Positions 40,860 to 52,251 of a DNA stretch of 64,000 nt are shown here, in pieces. The notes under the pieces were generated by a model. It saw only the letters and a list, made by a program, of their open reading frames with translations. It did not search any database and was not told the DNA's origin. How positions within the stretch are numbered: the stretch's first letter is position 1; each line of letters begins with the position of its first letter. A program made the position numbers and the translations under genes. The stretch is from Dehalococcoidia bacterium (lineage in GTDB: Bacteria > Chloroflexota > Dehalococcoidia > Bin125): contig CAXXRD010000003.1 in the NCBI GenBank assembly GCA_963663895.2, positions 128,001 to 192,000 of the forward strand, written 5' to 3'.

Positions 40860-43765
40860 CGGCGCAGCCACTCCGCGGTGAGAGCACCAAATTCAGCGGC
40901 CCGGACGCGGCGCTGATCCGTGGGCGGAAGCGACCGCAGGAAGCGCTCGCCGTAGCGCCTGCTCGTAATGCGCCCATCCAGCACGGCGACGACGCCGCGG
41001 TCGCCACGGCGTCGGATCAAGCGGCCGAAGCCCTGGCGGAAGCGCACGATGGCCTGGGGAAGCGCGTACTCGTGGAAAGAGTCCTCGTAGAGTTCGGCCC
41101 GGGCTGCGAAGACCGGATCATGGGGAACGGCGAAGGGGAGACGGGCGATGGCGACGAGCGAGACCATGTCGCCGGGGAGGTCGACGCCTTCCCAGAGGGC
41201 CGCGCTGCCGAGCAGGAGTGCGCGGGGGTTGCGCAGCAATTCGGCGACGAGGCGCGCGGGGGAGCCATCAACACTCTGTGCGAGGGTGAGAATCCCCGCT
41301 TCGGCGAGCGGGCCGCGCACGTCCTTGGCGGTCCGGCGAAGGGTCCCGTGCGAAGTAAAAAGGGCCAGAGCGCGTCCCTCACTCGCGAGAACGAGGTCGA
41401 TCAGCGCCTCGCTGAATGCGTCCTGGAAGCCAGGCTCGTTCGGGGCAGGGAAGTCGGTGGGAAGCAAGAGCCGAACGGCGCGGCGGTAGTCGAACGGAGA
41501 GCCGAAGCAGGCCTCGTCGGCGTCGTCCAAGCCGACGAGGCCCCGGAGATAGTCAAAGCGGCCTTCGGTGCAGAGGGTCGCACCCGTGAGAACGACCGAG
41601 CGCTTGCGGCCGAAGAACTCCTCGGCAAGACGCTCGGCCACGCGCAGAGGGGCAGCAGCGAGCGAGACGGCACCGGTGCGCTCGGAAGCGGTCAGCCAGA
41701 CGATCATGGCATCGTCGGTTTGCGTGAGGAGGCGGCCGCCCACCTCCGCGCGATCGAGAAGAAGCGCGCGCAACTGCCCAACATCGGCCGCGAGCGCCTC
41801 GAATTCGGATGCGCCGAGAGCGGCTTGTGCAAGCGCCTCGTGCAGCGCCTCGAGACGCGCGTCGAGCGCACGGAGCGCCTCCCAGACGACCTCCCATTGG
41901 ATCTCGATCTCGCTCCAGGCTGGCTGGGCGCGGCGGCCGGAGGTGAGACGCAGGCGCCGCTCTTGCCCAAAAGCGTCGTCCGCTTGATCGGCGGCGAAGC
42001 GACGGAGGAGTGCGGCGAGCACGTCCAGGGCTTCGTCCACGCGCGCGGCGAGAGCGGGAAAGGAGGCTGCGACAGCAGCCGCGGCGGCAGGAGCGCCGGC
42101 CCCAGCCTCAGCCGCGCCGAGCCTGCGCACGATCAGGGATACGAGACCCACGGGGGCGCCGCGAGGGCCGGGGCGCTGGATCCGATCGAGCGGCTCTCTG
42201 AAGGACTCAGGACCAAAGCGCACACCCATGTGCTGGGTGGCGGCATCCTCCAAGTGGTGCGCTTCGTCGACCACGACGGTGTCGGCGGCGGGAAGGGCGC
42301 TGCCGCCCGCAGCGAGATCGCTGAGCAGCAAGGCGTGATTGACAACGACGACGTGCGCGGCTTCCGCGCGCTTGCGCGCCCGCTGCAGGAAGCAGGTGCC
42401 GTTGCGCACGAAAGTGCAACTGGGATCGGAGAGGCAATCCTCGCTCTCCGCGCTGAAGCGGTTCCAGATCGCATCCTCACCGGGGAGCAGACGCAGATCG
42501 GCGCGATCGCCCGTTTCGGTGCTGCGCAGCCAGACGCTGAGGCGAGCGAGGAGGCCCGCATCCGCCGTGGAATTGGCGTCGGCGAGACGTTCCGTCGCGA
42601 CGCGCCGGCGACAGAGGTAGTTGCGACGACCCTTGAGCTCGGTGACGCGCAGTTGAGCAGCAGCCTCGCCGCCGATCGCGTCGGCGATCAGGATTCGCAA
42701 GGCAGGAATGTCCTTGCGCAGCACTTGCTCTTGGAGGTTGATCGTGTTGGTGCTGACGATCACGCGTCGGCCGTCGCGCAGCGCCTGGAGCGCGGCAGGG
42801 ACGAGATAGGCGAGCGTCTTGCCCGTACCGGTGCCGGCCTCGACCACGAGATGGCGGTCCTGGGCGAGCGCGGTAGCGACGGCGCGAGTCATGCCGACCT
42901 GCTCCGGGCGCTGCTCGAAGCTGCCGAAGATCTCGGGGTGCGCAGTGCCGAAGGCGAGTGTGTCGAGCGCCAGTGTGATCTGCTCTTCCGAAGAGGGGGA
43001 GGCAGCAGCGTCTTCCCCCAGGCTGGGTGGTGGGCCCTCCCAACTCGGGGCAGGCGTCGCCCGTGCGGGTGACGCCGCTCCGTCCTCGCGGGGAACGGGG
43101 GTCGCCGGACGGCGCCTTGGCGGAGGCGACGGCCCGCCAGGGGAAGCCGCAGCGGAGAGGGAATGCAGAAGCTGCGCCAGCGGCCAGTCGGCGCCGGCGC
43201 CAAGCGCGATGAGATCGCTCAGCAGATCCGGGGGCAGCGCGCGAGCCTGCTGAACCAGCGCCAGGAAGACACGACGGCTCGTCTCGGCGTCGGCGAGGGC
43301 GCGATGGTAGGCGCTCGCTTCGACGCCGAGACGCGTTGCCACCGCTTCCAAGTTGTGTGCGCGCGCACTGGGGGCGAGAAGCGCCGAGAATTCGAAGGTG
43401 TCAAGCGCAAGACCCGGCGGCTCGACCCCGGCGCGAGCGAGGAACGCCAAGTCGAAAGCGATGTTGTGGCCGACGATGGCAGCATCGCCAAGAAAGTTCT
43501 CAATGTCGAGGCGGACCGTATTGAAGGAGGGGGCGCCACGGAGCAGCGCCGGAGCGATGCCGGTGATCCGGACCACGGCTGCCGGCAGGGGAACGCCCGG
43601 GTCGACGAGTGTCTCGTAGGTCTCGGCAACTCCCGCGAAGGTGAAGCGAACGGCCCCGATCTCAATGATGCGGTCGCGGCTCGGGTCGAGTCCGGTGGTC
43701 TCGACATCGAGTGCGACAAAGTCCACGAGCCTCGGTACCGCGGAAGCGGGAGCGCCGGCGGCCAC
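40856..43765 (-). CDS. dinG: DEDDh exonuclease-DinG helicase fusion
   Basis: DVETTG, HNIAFD, HRALADA; EAGTGTGKT, KGRRNYLC, DEAHH, WEGVD, RQGFGRLIR. Confidence 0.93.
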   Translation of the reverse strand: MAAGAPASAVPRLVDFVALDVETTGLDPSRDRIIEIGAVRFTFAGVAETYETLVDPGVPLPAAVVRITGIAPALLRGAPSFNTVRLDIENFLGDAAIVGHNIAFDLAFLARAGVEPPGLALDTFEFSALLAPSARAHNLEAVATRLGVEASAYHRALADAETSRRVFLALVQQARALPPDLLSDLIALGAGADWPLAQLLHSLSAAASPGGPSPPPRRRPATPVPREDGAASPARATPAPSWEGPPPSLGEDAAASPSSEEQITLALDTLAFGTAHPEIFGSFEQRPEQVGMTRAVATALAQDRHLVVEAGTGTGKTLAYLVPAALQALRDGRRVIVSTNTINLQEQVLRKDIPALRILIADAIGGEAAAQLRVTELKGRRNYLCRRRVATERLADANSTADAGLLARLSVWLRSTETGDRADLRLLPGEDAIWNRFSAESEDCLSDPSCTFVRNGTCFLQRARKRAEAAHVVVVNHALLLSDLAAGGSALPAADTVVVDEAHHLEDAATQHMGVRFGPESFREPLDRIQRPGPRGAPVGLVSLIVRRLGAAEAGAGAPAAAAAVAASFPALAARVDEALDVLAALLRRFAADQADDAFGQERRLRLTSGRRAQPAWSEIEIQWEVVWEALRALDARLEALHEALAQAALGASEFEALAADVGQLRALLLDRAEVGGRLLTQTDDAMIVWLTASERTGAVSLAAAPLRVAERLAEEFFGRKRSVVLTGATLCTEGRFDYLRGLVGLDDADEACFGSPFDYRRAVRLLLPTDFPAPNEPGFQDAFSEALIDLVLASEGRALALFTSHGTLRRTAKDVRGPLAEAGILTLAQSVDGSPARLVAELLRNPRALLLGSAALWEGVDLPGDMVSLVAIARLPFAVPHDPVFAARAELYEDSFHEYALPQAIVRFRQGFGRLIRRRGDRGVVAVLDGRITSRRYGERFLRSLPPTDQRRVRAAEFGALTAEWLRR

Positions 43766-43830
43766 ACCTTCCCCTGCCTAGACGCGAACGAATGGCGCGC
43801 GCGATCAGCGTAGCGCGCGCAGGCGCACAG

Positions 43831-44241
43831 TCACGCCTCTGCGAGATGGGGTAGCAGCCAGCCGACGATCGCGGCGAAGAAGATCGCGGAGACGAGGGCG
43901 CGGCGTGTCCAAGCAGGCTGCACAACCCAGGCCGCGACGGCGCCACCCGCCGCGAGCACGAGGACGGCGATGGTGAAAGCGAGACTGGGGCTGCCAAGGC
44001 CACCGCCAGTATCGCGCAGCGCCCAATAAACGGCGCCGAAGAGCAGACCCAGGATCCCCCAGCCCGTCTGCGCAACGAGCGCAACGCCAGCAAAGGCGGC
44101 GGGCAATGCGGCGTTATCCGGGAATTGAGCCTGCAACCGTCGGCTCCAGTCGATGAGCGTCCGCGGGCTCGCGGCAAGGAGAACGAGCGCCAGCAACCCG
44201 AGCGCGTAGCCTGCCACGAAGCCGGCTAACAACGACTCCAT
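43831..44241 (-). CDS. Four-TM hypothetical membrane protein
   Basis: Hydrophobic ORF in the ispE-dinG run. Confidence 0.7.
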   Translation of the reverse strand: MESLLAGFVAGYALGLLALVLLAASPRTLIDWSRRLQAQFPDNAALPAAFAGVALVAQTGWGILGLLFGAVYWALRDTGGGLGSPSLAFTIAVLVLAAGGAVAAWVVQPAWTRRALVSAIFFAAIVGWLLPHLAEA

Positions 44242-44268
44242 TAGACAGCGCGCAACGCCAGCCGGCGC

Positions 44269-45183
44269 TTAGGCATTGGCGGACACCGGCCTCACGGGTT
44301 CGACAGTGCAGGCCGCGCGCGGCAGCGGCCGCACGACGGTCGTGAAGGGAATGCCTCCGTGATCGGGAGGGTTGAGCAGGAAGAGCGACGGCCCAGCACC
44401 GGCCAGGTGGGGAAGTGATCGAGTCTCGGCAGCGAAGCGGCGGCGCGCGGCGCGCAGGCCGATGAAAACCTCATCGGCTACCCGTTCAAAGGTGTTGACG
44501 AGATCCTCAGAGCGCGGCGGGAGTCCTTGCTGAAGACGGGCAGCCAGTGCACGCGATCGATCGCCGCCGCCGAAATGCGACGGCCGCAGCGCGCGGAACA
44601 TGGCCGCAGTCTTGCCCTCGGGAGAGGGCAACTCAGGGGTCCAGAGAAGGCCGCGCCAGGCAGCAACCGGTTGATCCGGGAGTGGAGTGAGGCGCTCACC
44701 GCGTCCTTCCATCAGCACGGTGCCAGCCGCGTGAAAAAGCGGTGCATCGGAGCCGACCTGGGCAAGCAACTCGACGGCGGCGGCGTCGCTCAGGGGCAAC
44801 TTCCAAAAGGCGCGGGCGAGCCGGAGGAAGGCGGCGGCATCGGAGGAACCTCCACCAAGCCCAGCAGCGATCGGAACGCGCTTGACGACGTGCACGGCAG
44901 CACGGTCATCGATCGCGGCGGGGCCGTAGTGCTCGATCAACAGATCCCAGGTCCGGGTAATGAGCTCGCCCTCGACGGGCAGCGACAGGGACTGTTGCAG
45001 AGCGGCCGACATCTCGAACCGCAGGCTGCGTTCAGAGGCAGGCGCGATCGTGACCGTATCGCAAAGATCGATCGTCTGCACGACGGAGATGAGGTCGTGA
45101 AACCCGTCGTCACAGCGGCCGAGGACCTCAAGGGTGAGATTGAGCTTGGCCGGCGCAACGGTACGAAGCGCGGCGGCGGTCAC
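44269..45183 (-). CDS. ispE: 4-diphosphocytidyl-2-C-methyl-D-erythritol kinase
   Basis: APAKLNLTL, GFHDL, PIAAGLGGGSSDAA, GSDAP. Confidence 0.93.
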   Translation of the reverse strand: MTAAALRTVAPAKLNLTLEVLGRCDDGFHDLISVVQTIDLCDTVTIAPASERSLRFEMSAALQQSLSLPVEGELITRTWDLLIEHYGPAAIDDRAAVHVVKRVPIAAGLGGGSSDAAAFLRLARAFWKLPLSDAAAVELLAQVGSDAPLFHAAGTVLMEGRGERLTPLPDQPVAAWRGLLWTPELPSPEGKTAAMFRALRPSHFGGGDRSRALAARLQQGLPPRSEDLVNTFERVADEVFIGLRAARRRFAAETRSLPHLAGAGPSLFLLNPPDHGGIPFTTVVRPLPRAACTVEPVRPVSANA

Positions 45184-46106
45184 GACCGATCCAGGTCGGG
45201 ATCGAGAGGCGGCGGAGGCGGCGCCCCGGCGCGCTCGCGCGCCCAGGCGAGCGCGGCCCACTCGTCGAGCGTGAGCGTGCCCGCACGGCGACGAGGATCG
45301 ATGCCGCTCGCACGCAGCCACGCTTCGGATGCAGCGCTGGGGATGGAGAAGCCAAGAGCAAGCGCGTTGCGGAGCTGTTTGCGCGGGGCGCGGAAAGCGG
45401 CCCGTGCGACCTCGAAGAAGCGAGCCTCGGAAGGGAGCGTCACCGGCACGGCGTCGCGGAGAGGGATGACGAGCACGGCCGACCGCACTTGGGGCGGCGG
45501 CTCGAACGCGGCACGGTCCACGGAGAAGAGGAGGCGCGGATCGGCATAGAGTTGAACGGCCAGGCTGAGCAGGGAGCGCTTGCCGGGCGGCGCCACGACT
45601 TGCAGCGCCACCTCATGCTGGACCATGACCAACATCCAGCGCGGACGGTGTTCGGACTGCGCAAGGAAGCGGCGGAAAATAGGCGCGGTGATGGCGTAGG
45701 GCAAATTGCCGACGAGTCCGTAGGGCGGAGCAGCGCCCAATCTCCCGAGAAGGCGTGGAGGTGCCAAATCGAGGATATCTCCCTGTACGAGGCGGGCGTT
45801 GGGGTAGGCAGCCAGCGCACGGGCGGTGGAGCGCGCCAGCCGGAGGTCGAGTTCGACCGCGGCCAGGGGGCGGCCCAACTGGGCCAGCGGCACAGTGAGC
45901 GTGCCATCGCCGGCGCCGATCTCGATCAACGGCAAGCCATCGTCCGGGAGGGCGGCGAGGATGCGGTCGATGACGGCTACGTCACGCAGAAAGTGCTGAC
46001 CAAGAGGGGGCTTGCGAGACCTCTGCGCCGTGCGCTTGCGCTGCGCGGCGCGCCTGCGCCGCACCTTATTCCGCTGTCCCCGCTTGAACGGCGCAGTCGC
46101 TGGCAC
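45180..46106 (-). CDS. rsmA: 16S rRNA dimethyladenosine transferase
   Basis: GQHFL, EIGAGDG, GNLPYAIT, F.PPPQVRS, RKQLRNAL; GGAGGAG RBS before GTG 46106. Confidence 0.95.
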   Translation of the reverse strand: MPATAPFKRGQRNKVRRRRAAQRKRTAQRSRKPPLGQHFLRDVAVIDRILAALPDDGLPLIEIGAGDGTLTVPLAQLGRPLAAVELDLRLARSTARALAAYPNARLVQGDILDLAPPRLLGRLGAAPPYGLVGNLPYAITAPIFRRFLAQSEHRPRWMLVMVQHEVALQVVAPPGKRSLLSLAVQLYADPRLLFSVDRAAFEPPPQVRSAVLVIPLRDAVPVTLPSEARFFEVARAAFRAPRKQLRNALALGFSIPSAASEAWLRASGIDPRRRAGTLTLDEWAALAWARERAGAPPPPPLDPDLDRS

Positions 46107-46145
46107 AGCGGCTCCTCCATCGACCCGGCCCGGTTCGTGAAAAAT

Positions 46146-46412
46146 GGCCGTGCACCCGCCGTCGAACGCCGCCACGGGCTTGTCGCGACCAGCCAACTCG
46201 GCCCAGGCGCTCCCGTGGCACCCGAAAGCTGCTACTTACCGCTGCTTCCTCTCGGACCTGACGGGGTTCGTAGCGTCTCGCCGCACGGGACCCAAGCTTC
46301 AGCGCCGCTTAGCCGCGCTAGTTCCCACAGTGGACGCCCTCAGGCGGGAATTCGACCTCGCTAAAGCGGATTGCGAGTCCAGGGCACCGCTAGCTCCCCG
46401 CCTAGCACGACC
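46146..46412 (-). ncRNA. ffs: Large bacterial SRP RNA with Alu domain
   Basis: 5' GGTCGTGCTAGGCGGGGAGCTAGCGGTGCCCTG as in Bacillus-type scRNA; S-domain GTCAGGTCCGAGAGGAAGCAGC; 3' GCACGGCC pairs with the 5' end. Confidence 0.93.
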
Positions 46413-46663
46413 GTGATCAGCGTATCGGAAAAGGGACTGGATGATGCGAACGTCATAAAAGGTAGCCTACCCAAAGCATCTATATCAGCCGACACCTGGT
46501 AACTGCTTAGGCCACGAGCAAGCTGGCACCGGGGTGAAAGGGCGGAGGTCCTATAGACTTGTAAGCTCAGGAGACGGACGATAGATAGTCGCGAGATGGT
46601 CGCTTTCGGCCTGCGGCCTCGGGCGGACCACAGCGAGCGGATGGGAATGGGAACTTAACGGCA

Positions 46664-48169
46664 ATGCGAATCGTATCGCTCGGATTCTCCCTGCCCGATC
46701 CTCGAGTGGATAATCACTCAATCGCGAACGCGCCGGCGCTATTCGAATACGACGCCTGCGTGATCGATCCGGCCGCGGTCTCGCGGCAGATCGAGGAGCT
46801 GGCGGCGGGAGCCGGCGCGACCAGCGGCGGAACCTATCAGACGCCGAGCGGCACACCGGTGCTGCCCGGCGCCAGCGGCGCCTTCCACTTTGGCCTCGGC
46901 GAGCTGTTGGAGCAGCGCCGCCGGGAGTTGCTGCTGCTGCTGGAGGGGGGCGGGGTAGTAGCGGTATTCGGTTACCCCACGGTGCCGCATGCGGTGGTAT
47001 CGACCCTTCCCGGAGCCGATCGCTACACGATCCTGCCGGCCCCGTCCGGGGTCGTTTACCGTCCGCCGCAACTGCTGGCCGGCGCGGGTGGCGGAACGTT
47101 CGCACCACTCGATCGCGCGCACGCCTTCGCAGCCTACCTCGACGATCTCGCCGGGCGGCTGCGGTTCCAAGCCTGGTGGGACGTAAACGCGATCGGCGAC
47201 TTCAACAACGTGGGCACGGTGCTGGCGCGCAGCCAGGGCGGTGCAGCCGTGGCCGTGGAGTTTCGCGTGCTGGCGGGCCGGGTCGTTTTCCTCCCACCGC
47301 CCCACATTGAGCCGCGCGGCGCGGCGCGGCGAAATGTGACCGAGGCGCTGCTGGAAAGTCTGCTGCGCAGCCTCGAGAGCCCGGAAACGGAAAAGGCGCC
47401 GTCGTGGCTCAAGGAATACGACCTGCCGGACCTGCGGGAGCTGCGGGAGACGGTTGAACAGGCAGAGCAGTCCTTCGCGGAGGCGGAGAGCCGCTTGCAA
47501 GAGGTGCGAGCGACGCTGGCCGACGCTGCGCGCTACCAAGGATTGCTGTGGCGCGAAGGGCGATACGCCTTCGAGCCACTGGTGCGGGATGCGTTCCGGG
47601 CCCTGGGCTTCACGGTAACGCCCGAACTCACGGATCCAGCCGAGCTGGCCGACGGCGACGAGATCGCTCTGCTAGAGGTGGACGCATCGTCGCACACGGT
47701 CAAAGAGTCGAGCTACTTCCAACTCCAGCGCCGGATCGAAAAGGCGTTCATCAGCACTGGGGTGCTGCGCAAAGGCGTCATCGTCGTCAACGGAAAGCGG
47801 CTCCTGCATCCCAAGGATCGCGACGAGGCGCTGTCCCAGACCTTGATCAACGCCTGTGACAACTTCGGCTACGCGCTCCTCACGGGCGAGGCGCTGTTCC
47901 AACTGGTCAGACACGCGCTGGAGGGAGCCGATGCGGAGACCCTGGTGGCGATCCGCCGCACCATCCTGGATGCAGAGGGGCTCGTCGTGATCGAAGAGGA
48001 AGCGGAGGAAGAAGAGGAGCCGGAGAGCGCGGTCGAGACGGAGACCGCGGAGCCAACGCTGCCACTCCCGCAAGCGGTCAGCGCCGGCCGGTCCAACGAG
48101 GGCAACGGCTCCGACGGCGCGGCCGAGACGCCCCTGCCGGTCGCGGCGGAAGAGGGAGCGTCGAGCTAG
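46664..48169 (+). CDS. Hypothetical protein: N-terminal alpha/beta domain, coiled coil, restriction-endonuclease-like C-terminal domain
   Basis: [13 protein letters not shown]...D...LLEVD...QL...KGVIVVNG; acidic tail. Confidence 0.7.
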   Translation: MRIVSLGFSLPDPRVDNHSIANAPALFEYDACVIDPAAVSRQIEELAAGAGATSGGTYQTPSGTPVLPGASGAFHFGLGELLEQRRRELLLLLEGGGVVAVFGYPTVPHAVVSTLPGADRYTILPAPSGVVYRPPQLLAGAGGGTFAPLDRAHAFAAYLDDLAGRLRFQAWWDVNAIGDFNNVGTVLARSQGGAAVAVEFRVLAGRVVFLPPPHIEPRGAARRNVTEALLESLLRSLESPETEKAPSWLKEYDLPDLRELRETVEQAEQSFAEAESRLQEVRATLADAARYQGLLWREGRYAFEPLVRDAFRALGFTVTPELTDPAELADGDEIALLEVDASSHTVKESSYFQLQRRIEKAFISTGVLRKGVIVVNGKRLLHPKDRDEALSQTLINACDNFGYALLTGEALFQLVRHALEGADAETLVAIRRTILDAEGLVVIEEEAEEEEEPESAVETETAEPTLPLPQAVSAGRSNEGNGSDGAAETPLPVAAEEGASS

Positions 48170-50016
48170 GTCCGCGCGTTGCGGGGCTTCGAGTCACCCA
48201 AGCGCAAGACGGACAGGAAGGCCTCCTGCGGGATCTCCACGTTGCCGACGCGCTTCATGCGCCGCTTGCCCTCGGCCTGCTTCGCCAACAGCTTGCGCTT
48301 GCGGGTGACGTCGCCGCCGTAGCACTTCGAGAGCACGTTCTTGCGAGCCGCCTTGACCGTCTCACGGGCGATAACGCGGCCGCCGATGGCGGCCTGCAGC
48401 GGCACATCGAACAGCTGCCGGGGGATGAGGGAGCGTAAGCGCTGGACCAAGGCCCGGCCGCTCGCATCAGCGCGCGCGCGGTGGACGATGCTGGAAAGCG
48501 CATCGACCGGCTCGCCGTTGACCAAGATCTCCAGCTTAACGAGCTTGGCGGCGCGGTAGTCGATCAGGGCGTAGTCGAGGCTGGCGTAGCCCTGCGTCCC
48601 CGACTTCAACTCATCGTAAAAGTCGACCAGGATCTCGGCCAGGGGCGCCTCGAACTCCAGAAGCACGCGCTGGCGGCCAGCATCCACGGCGGAGACGTCG
48701 CGATCGATATATTCCATCCTGTCGAAGCGGCCCCGGCGACCGATCACCAACTCCATCACCGCGCCGACGTAGCTGTTGGGCGTGATCACGCTGAGACGCA
48801 GCCAGGGCTCGCGCACCTCACGGATGCGGCTGGGGTCCGGCAGGTCGGCCGGATTATCGATCCGGTGGACGCCGCCGTCGCTGGCGAGGACTTCGTACTC
48901 AACGGAGGGGGCAGTGAAAACGAGCTCGATATCGTACTCGCGCTCGAGCCGCTCCTGCACGATCTCCATATGGAGGAGGCCGAGAAAACCCATGCGGAAG
49001 CCGAAGCCCAAGGCAACCGAGCTCTCCGGTTCATAGTGGAGGGCGGCATCGTTGAGACGAAGCTTCTCCAAGGCCGTCTTGAGCGCCGGATACTCGCTGG
49101 ATTGGGCAGGGTACAGGCCGGCGAAGACCATCGGCTTGGCCTCGGTGTAGCCGGGCAGGGGCCGGGCAGCAGGGCGCGCCACGCTGGTCAGGGTGTCCCC
49201 TACGCGCACCTCGGCGACATCCTTCAGGCCCGTGGCGACGTAGCCCACCTCGCCGGCGTTGAGGCGCGGGCCCGCCGCCAACTCGGGCGTGAACGTGCCG
49301 ATCTCGAGCGGCTCCAGTTTGCGCTGCCGCTGCATCAGACGCAGCGGCGCGCTGCCGGCGATCCCGCCATCCACCACGCGCACGTAGGCGAGCACGCCCT
49401 TGTAGACGTCGTATTCGGAGTCGAAGAGGAGAGCGCGGAGCGGGGCGGCGGGGTCGCCGGCGGGAGCCGGCAGGCGCCGGACGATCGCCTCGAGCAGCTC
49501 GGGCACGCCCGCTCCCGTCTTAGCGGAGAGAAAGAGGATCTCGTCCTCGCCGAAGCCGATCACGTCGACCAGCTCGCGCATCACCTGCTGGGGCTGGGCG
49601 ACGGGCAGGTCGATCTTGTTGACGACGGGGATGATCGTGAGATCTTGCTCCAAGGCCATGTAGGCGTTGGCAAGCGTCTGCGCCTGAATCCCCTCGCCGG
49701 CATCGACAACGAGCAGAGCGCCTTCCACCGCGGCCAGCGAGCGCGAGACCTCGTAGGTGAAATCCACGTGGCCCGGGGTATCGACCAGATTCAGCTGGTA
49801 GGCGTGGCCGTCGCGCGCGCTGTAGGCCATGCGCACGGCGCGGGCCTTGATCGTGATGCCCTTCTCGCGCTCGAGCTCCATGGAGTCGAGCAGTTGCGCC
49901 GCCATCGCCCGCTCGGCGACGGTCTCGGTGAGCTCGAGCAAGCGATCGGCCAGCGTCGACTTGCCATGATCGACATGGGCGATGATGCTGAAATTGCGGA
50001 TGCGATCGCGCTGCAT
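48166..50016 (-). CDS. lepA: Elongation factor 4
   Basis: [40 protein letters not shown]. Confidence 0.98.
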   Translation of the reverse strand: MQRDRIRNFSIIAHVDHGKSTLADRLLELTETVAERAMAAQLLDSMELEREKGITIKARAVRMAYSARDGHAYQLNLVDTPGHVDFTYEVSRSLAAVEGALLVVDAGEGIQAQTLANAYMALEQDLTIIPVVNKIDLPVAQPQQVMRELVDVIGFGEDEILFLSAKTGAGVPELLEAIVRRLPAPAGDPAAPLRALLFDSEYDVYKGVLAYVRVVDGGIAGSAPLRLMQRQRKLEPLEIGTFTPELAAGPRLNAGEVGYVATGLKDVAEVRVGDTLTSVARPAARPLPGYTEAKPMVFAGLYPAQSSEYPALKTALEKLRLNDAALHYEPESSVALGFGFRMGFLGLLHMEIVQERLEREYDIELVFTAPSVEYEVLASDGGVHRIDNPADLPDPSRIREVREPWLRLSVITPNSYVGAVMELVIGRRGRFDRMEYIDRDVSAVDAGRQRVLLEFEAPLAEILVDFYDELKSGTQGYASLDYALIDYRAAKLVKLEILVNGEPVDALSSIVHRARADASGRALVQRLRSLIPRQLFDVPLQAAIGGRVIARETVKAARKNVLSKCYGGDVTRKRKLLAKQAEGKRRMKRVGNVEIPQEAFLSVLRLGDSKPRNART

Positions 50017-50550
50017 GACGCCTCAAGCCGGGCCGCCACGAGACAAAGGGCGGCCGGGAAACCGTGGTCAGTCCTGCCTCGGAGTTGCTTGCTGCGCCCT
50101 GCCCCGCAGCCTTCCCCTTGGCATTCTAGAAAATAGCCGCCCGGCGCGGCGCGGGAGTGAGAAAAGGAGATGCAAGAAGGCATTTCCCCTCCGACGGCTG
50201 GCTCCTCGCTGATTATCCCGGCCGTCGTGGTATCCATCCTGGTGTCAAAGATTACGTCAAGTCATGGGAGGGAGCGCGCCAAATTGAGGCGGTAAGTCCA
50301 AGCCGGTCGCGCACGCTCCCTCCGCCGCATCCGGATCGCATCCGGATCGCTGACAGGCGAAAGATCTCGTTCGCAGCCCTCGCTATCGGTTTGCACCGGC
50401 AGTCCTTGTTGAAACGGCCGGTCGCCTCCGTCATCCTGCGGGCCGCGCGCCATTTTTCCCGAACGGCAAGCCCGTTCGTACTCGTCCGCAGTCTTCCTGA
50501 AGGTAGCTTGCGCTAGGAATTCGGTCGCAATCCCTTTGCCCTTACCACTC

Positions 50551-52188
50551 ATGTTCAAACTGCGCGACTCCTATCAATTGCCAGATCTCTTCGGAGACCT
50601 CTTCGGCGGAGTGACGGCGGCCGTGGTGGCGTTGCCGGTGGCGCTGGCCTTTGGCGTCGCGTCGGGCCTCGGTCCCATCGCAGGCATCTACGGGGCGATC
50701 GCCGTCGGCTTCTTCGCGGCGGTCTTCGGCGGGACGCCCTCGCAGATCTCCGGCCCCACCGGGCCGATGACCATCGCCATGGCGGTGGTCGTCACCCAGC
50801 ACGCCGACAGCCTTCCCGAAGCCTTCACCATCGTCATGCTGGGCGGGCTGCTGCAGATCGCCTTGGGCGCGCTGCGCGTGGGCAGCTTCATCGCCTACAC
50901 GCCCTACTCCGTGATCTCCGGATTCATGTCGGGCATCGGCGTCATCATCATCGTGATCCAAACGCTGCCACTGCTCGGCGCCCTCACCGTCCCGGGCGGG
51001 CCGCTCAACTCCATCCGCGCCTGGCCCGAGGCGGTGGCCGATCTGAATCCGGACGCCCTCGCCCTCGGCGCCGTCGCGCTGGCCGTCGGCATCTTCTGGC
51101 CCCGCAAGCTCCGCAAATTCTTGCCCGGACCCCTGGCCGCGCTGATCGTCGGCACCCTGCTCGCGCTCGCCTGGCTCGGCGACGCCCCGGTCATCGGCGC
51201 GGTGCCGACGGGCCTGCCCGACCTGCAGCTGCCGGAGCTCTCGACCGGCCTCCTGGCGAACGCCCTGCAACCGGCTTTCATTCTCGCTCTTCTCGGCTCC
51301 ATCGACAGCCTGCTGACCTCGCTGGTGGCCGACTCCCTCACGCACACACGGCACAGGCCCAACCGCGAACTGATGGGGCAGGGGCTGGGCAACCTCATCG
51401 CGGGCCTGATCGGCGCCCTCCCCGGCGCCGGGGCCACCATGGGCACCGTGGTCAACATCCGCGCCGGAGGCCGCACCCCGGTCTCCGGCGTCCTGCGCTC
51501 GGGCCTCCTGCTGGCCCTGGTGCTGGGCATCGGAGAGGTGGCCGAGCCGATCCCGCACGCCGTCCTCGCCGGCATCCTCCTGAAAGTCGGCTGGGACATC
51601 ATTGACTGGCGTTTCCTCACCCGCATTCGCCACATCCGGCGCGACTACATCCTGGTGATGATCACCACCCTCGCCCTCACCGTGTTCGTCGATCTCGTCA
51701 CGGCCGTCGCCCTGGGGCTCGTCGCCGCGGGCATCGCGCACTCCAAGGAGTACGAACGGCTCGAGCTCGAGAGCGTGGTCTCCGTCCCCCTGCTAGACCA
51801 GACGTTCCTCCCCGGCCGGGAGGACGCGGCTGAGGCTGAAGCCGACCCTTACCTCGCTCGCGTGGGGCTGGTCGCCTTGCGGGGCCGCTTCTCCGTCGCC
51901 TCCGCCCATGAGCTGGCCCGGGTGGTCGGGGCGGACATCCGGGAGCACGAGGTCGTGATCATCGACTTCTCCAAGGCCACCAATATGGACGACAGCGCCG
52001 CCCTGGTGATCGAGCAGCTCGTCGAAACCGCCGCCGAAGAGGACACGGAATGCATCGTCATGAATCTCTCCGGCCCCGCCGCCAAAGCCCTCCACTCCCT
52101 CAAGGCGCTCAAGCGGGTTCCGGAGGAGCACTTCGTGGACACCCTGGACGAGGCGCGGCTGCTCGCGAAGCGCCTGCTGCGTGACTGA
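50551..52188 (+). CDS. SulP/SLC26 anion transporter (BicA-like) with STAS domain
   Basis: GDLFGGVTAAVVALP, ISGPTGPM, GSIDSLLT, GATMGT, C-terminal IIDFS...MDDSA. Confidence 0.92.
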   Translation: MFKLRDSYQLPDLFGDLFGGVTAAVVALPVALAFGVASGLGPIAGIYGAIAVGFFAAVFGGTPSQISGPTGPMTIAMAVVVTQHADSLPEAFTIVMLGGLLQIALGALRVGSFIAYTPYSVISGFMSGIGVIIIVIQTLPLLGALTVPGGPLNSIRAWPEAVADLNPDALALGAVALAVGIFWPRKLRKFLPGPLAALIVGTLLALAWLGDAPVIGAVPTGLPDLQLPELSTGLLANALQPAFILALLGSIDSLLTSLVADSLTHTRHRPNRELMGQGLGNLIAGLIGALPGAGATMGTVVNIRAGGRTPVSGVLRSGLLLALVLGIGEVAEPIPHAVLAGILLKVGWDIIDWRFLTRIRHIRRDYILVMITTLALTVFVDLVTAVALGLVAAGIAHSKEYERLELESVVSVPLLDQTFLPGREDAAEAEADPYLARVGLVALRGRFSVASAHELARVVGADIREHEVVIIDFSKATNMDDSAALVIEQLVETAAEEDTECIVMNLSGPAAKALHSLKALKRVPEEHFVDTLDEARLLAKRLLRD

Positions 52189-52251
52189 GATCCCCGCCCC
52201 GCGCACTCGATCAGCTCGAAACGGCTCCGTGTATCCCAGAGAAGCGGCGTC

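Noticed and set aside
46146-46412. Alu-containing SRP RNA as a novelty
   Set aside because: Large SRP RNAs are well known in Bacillota and other deep-branching phyla.
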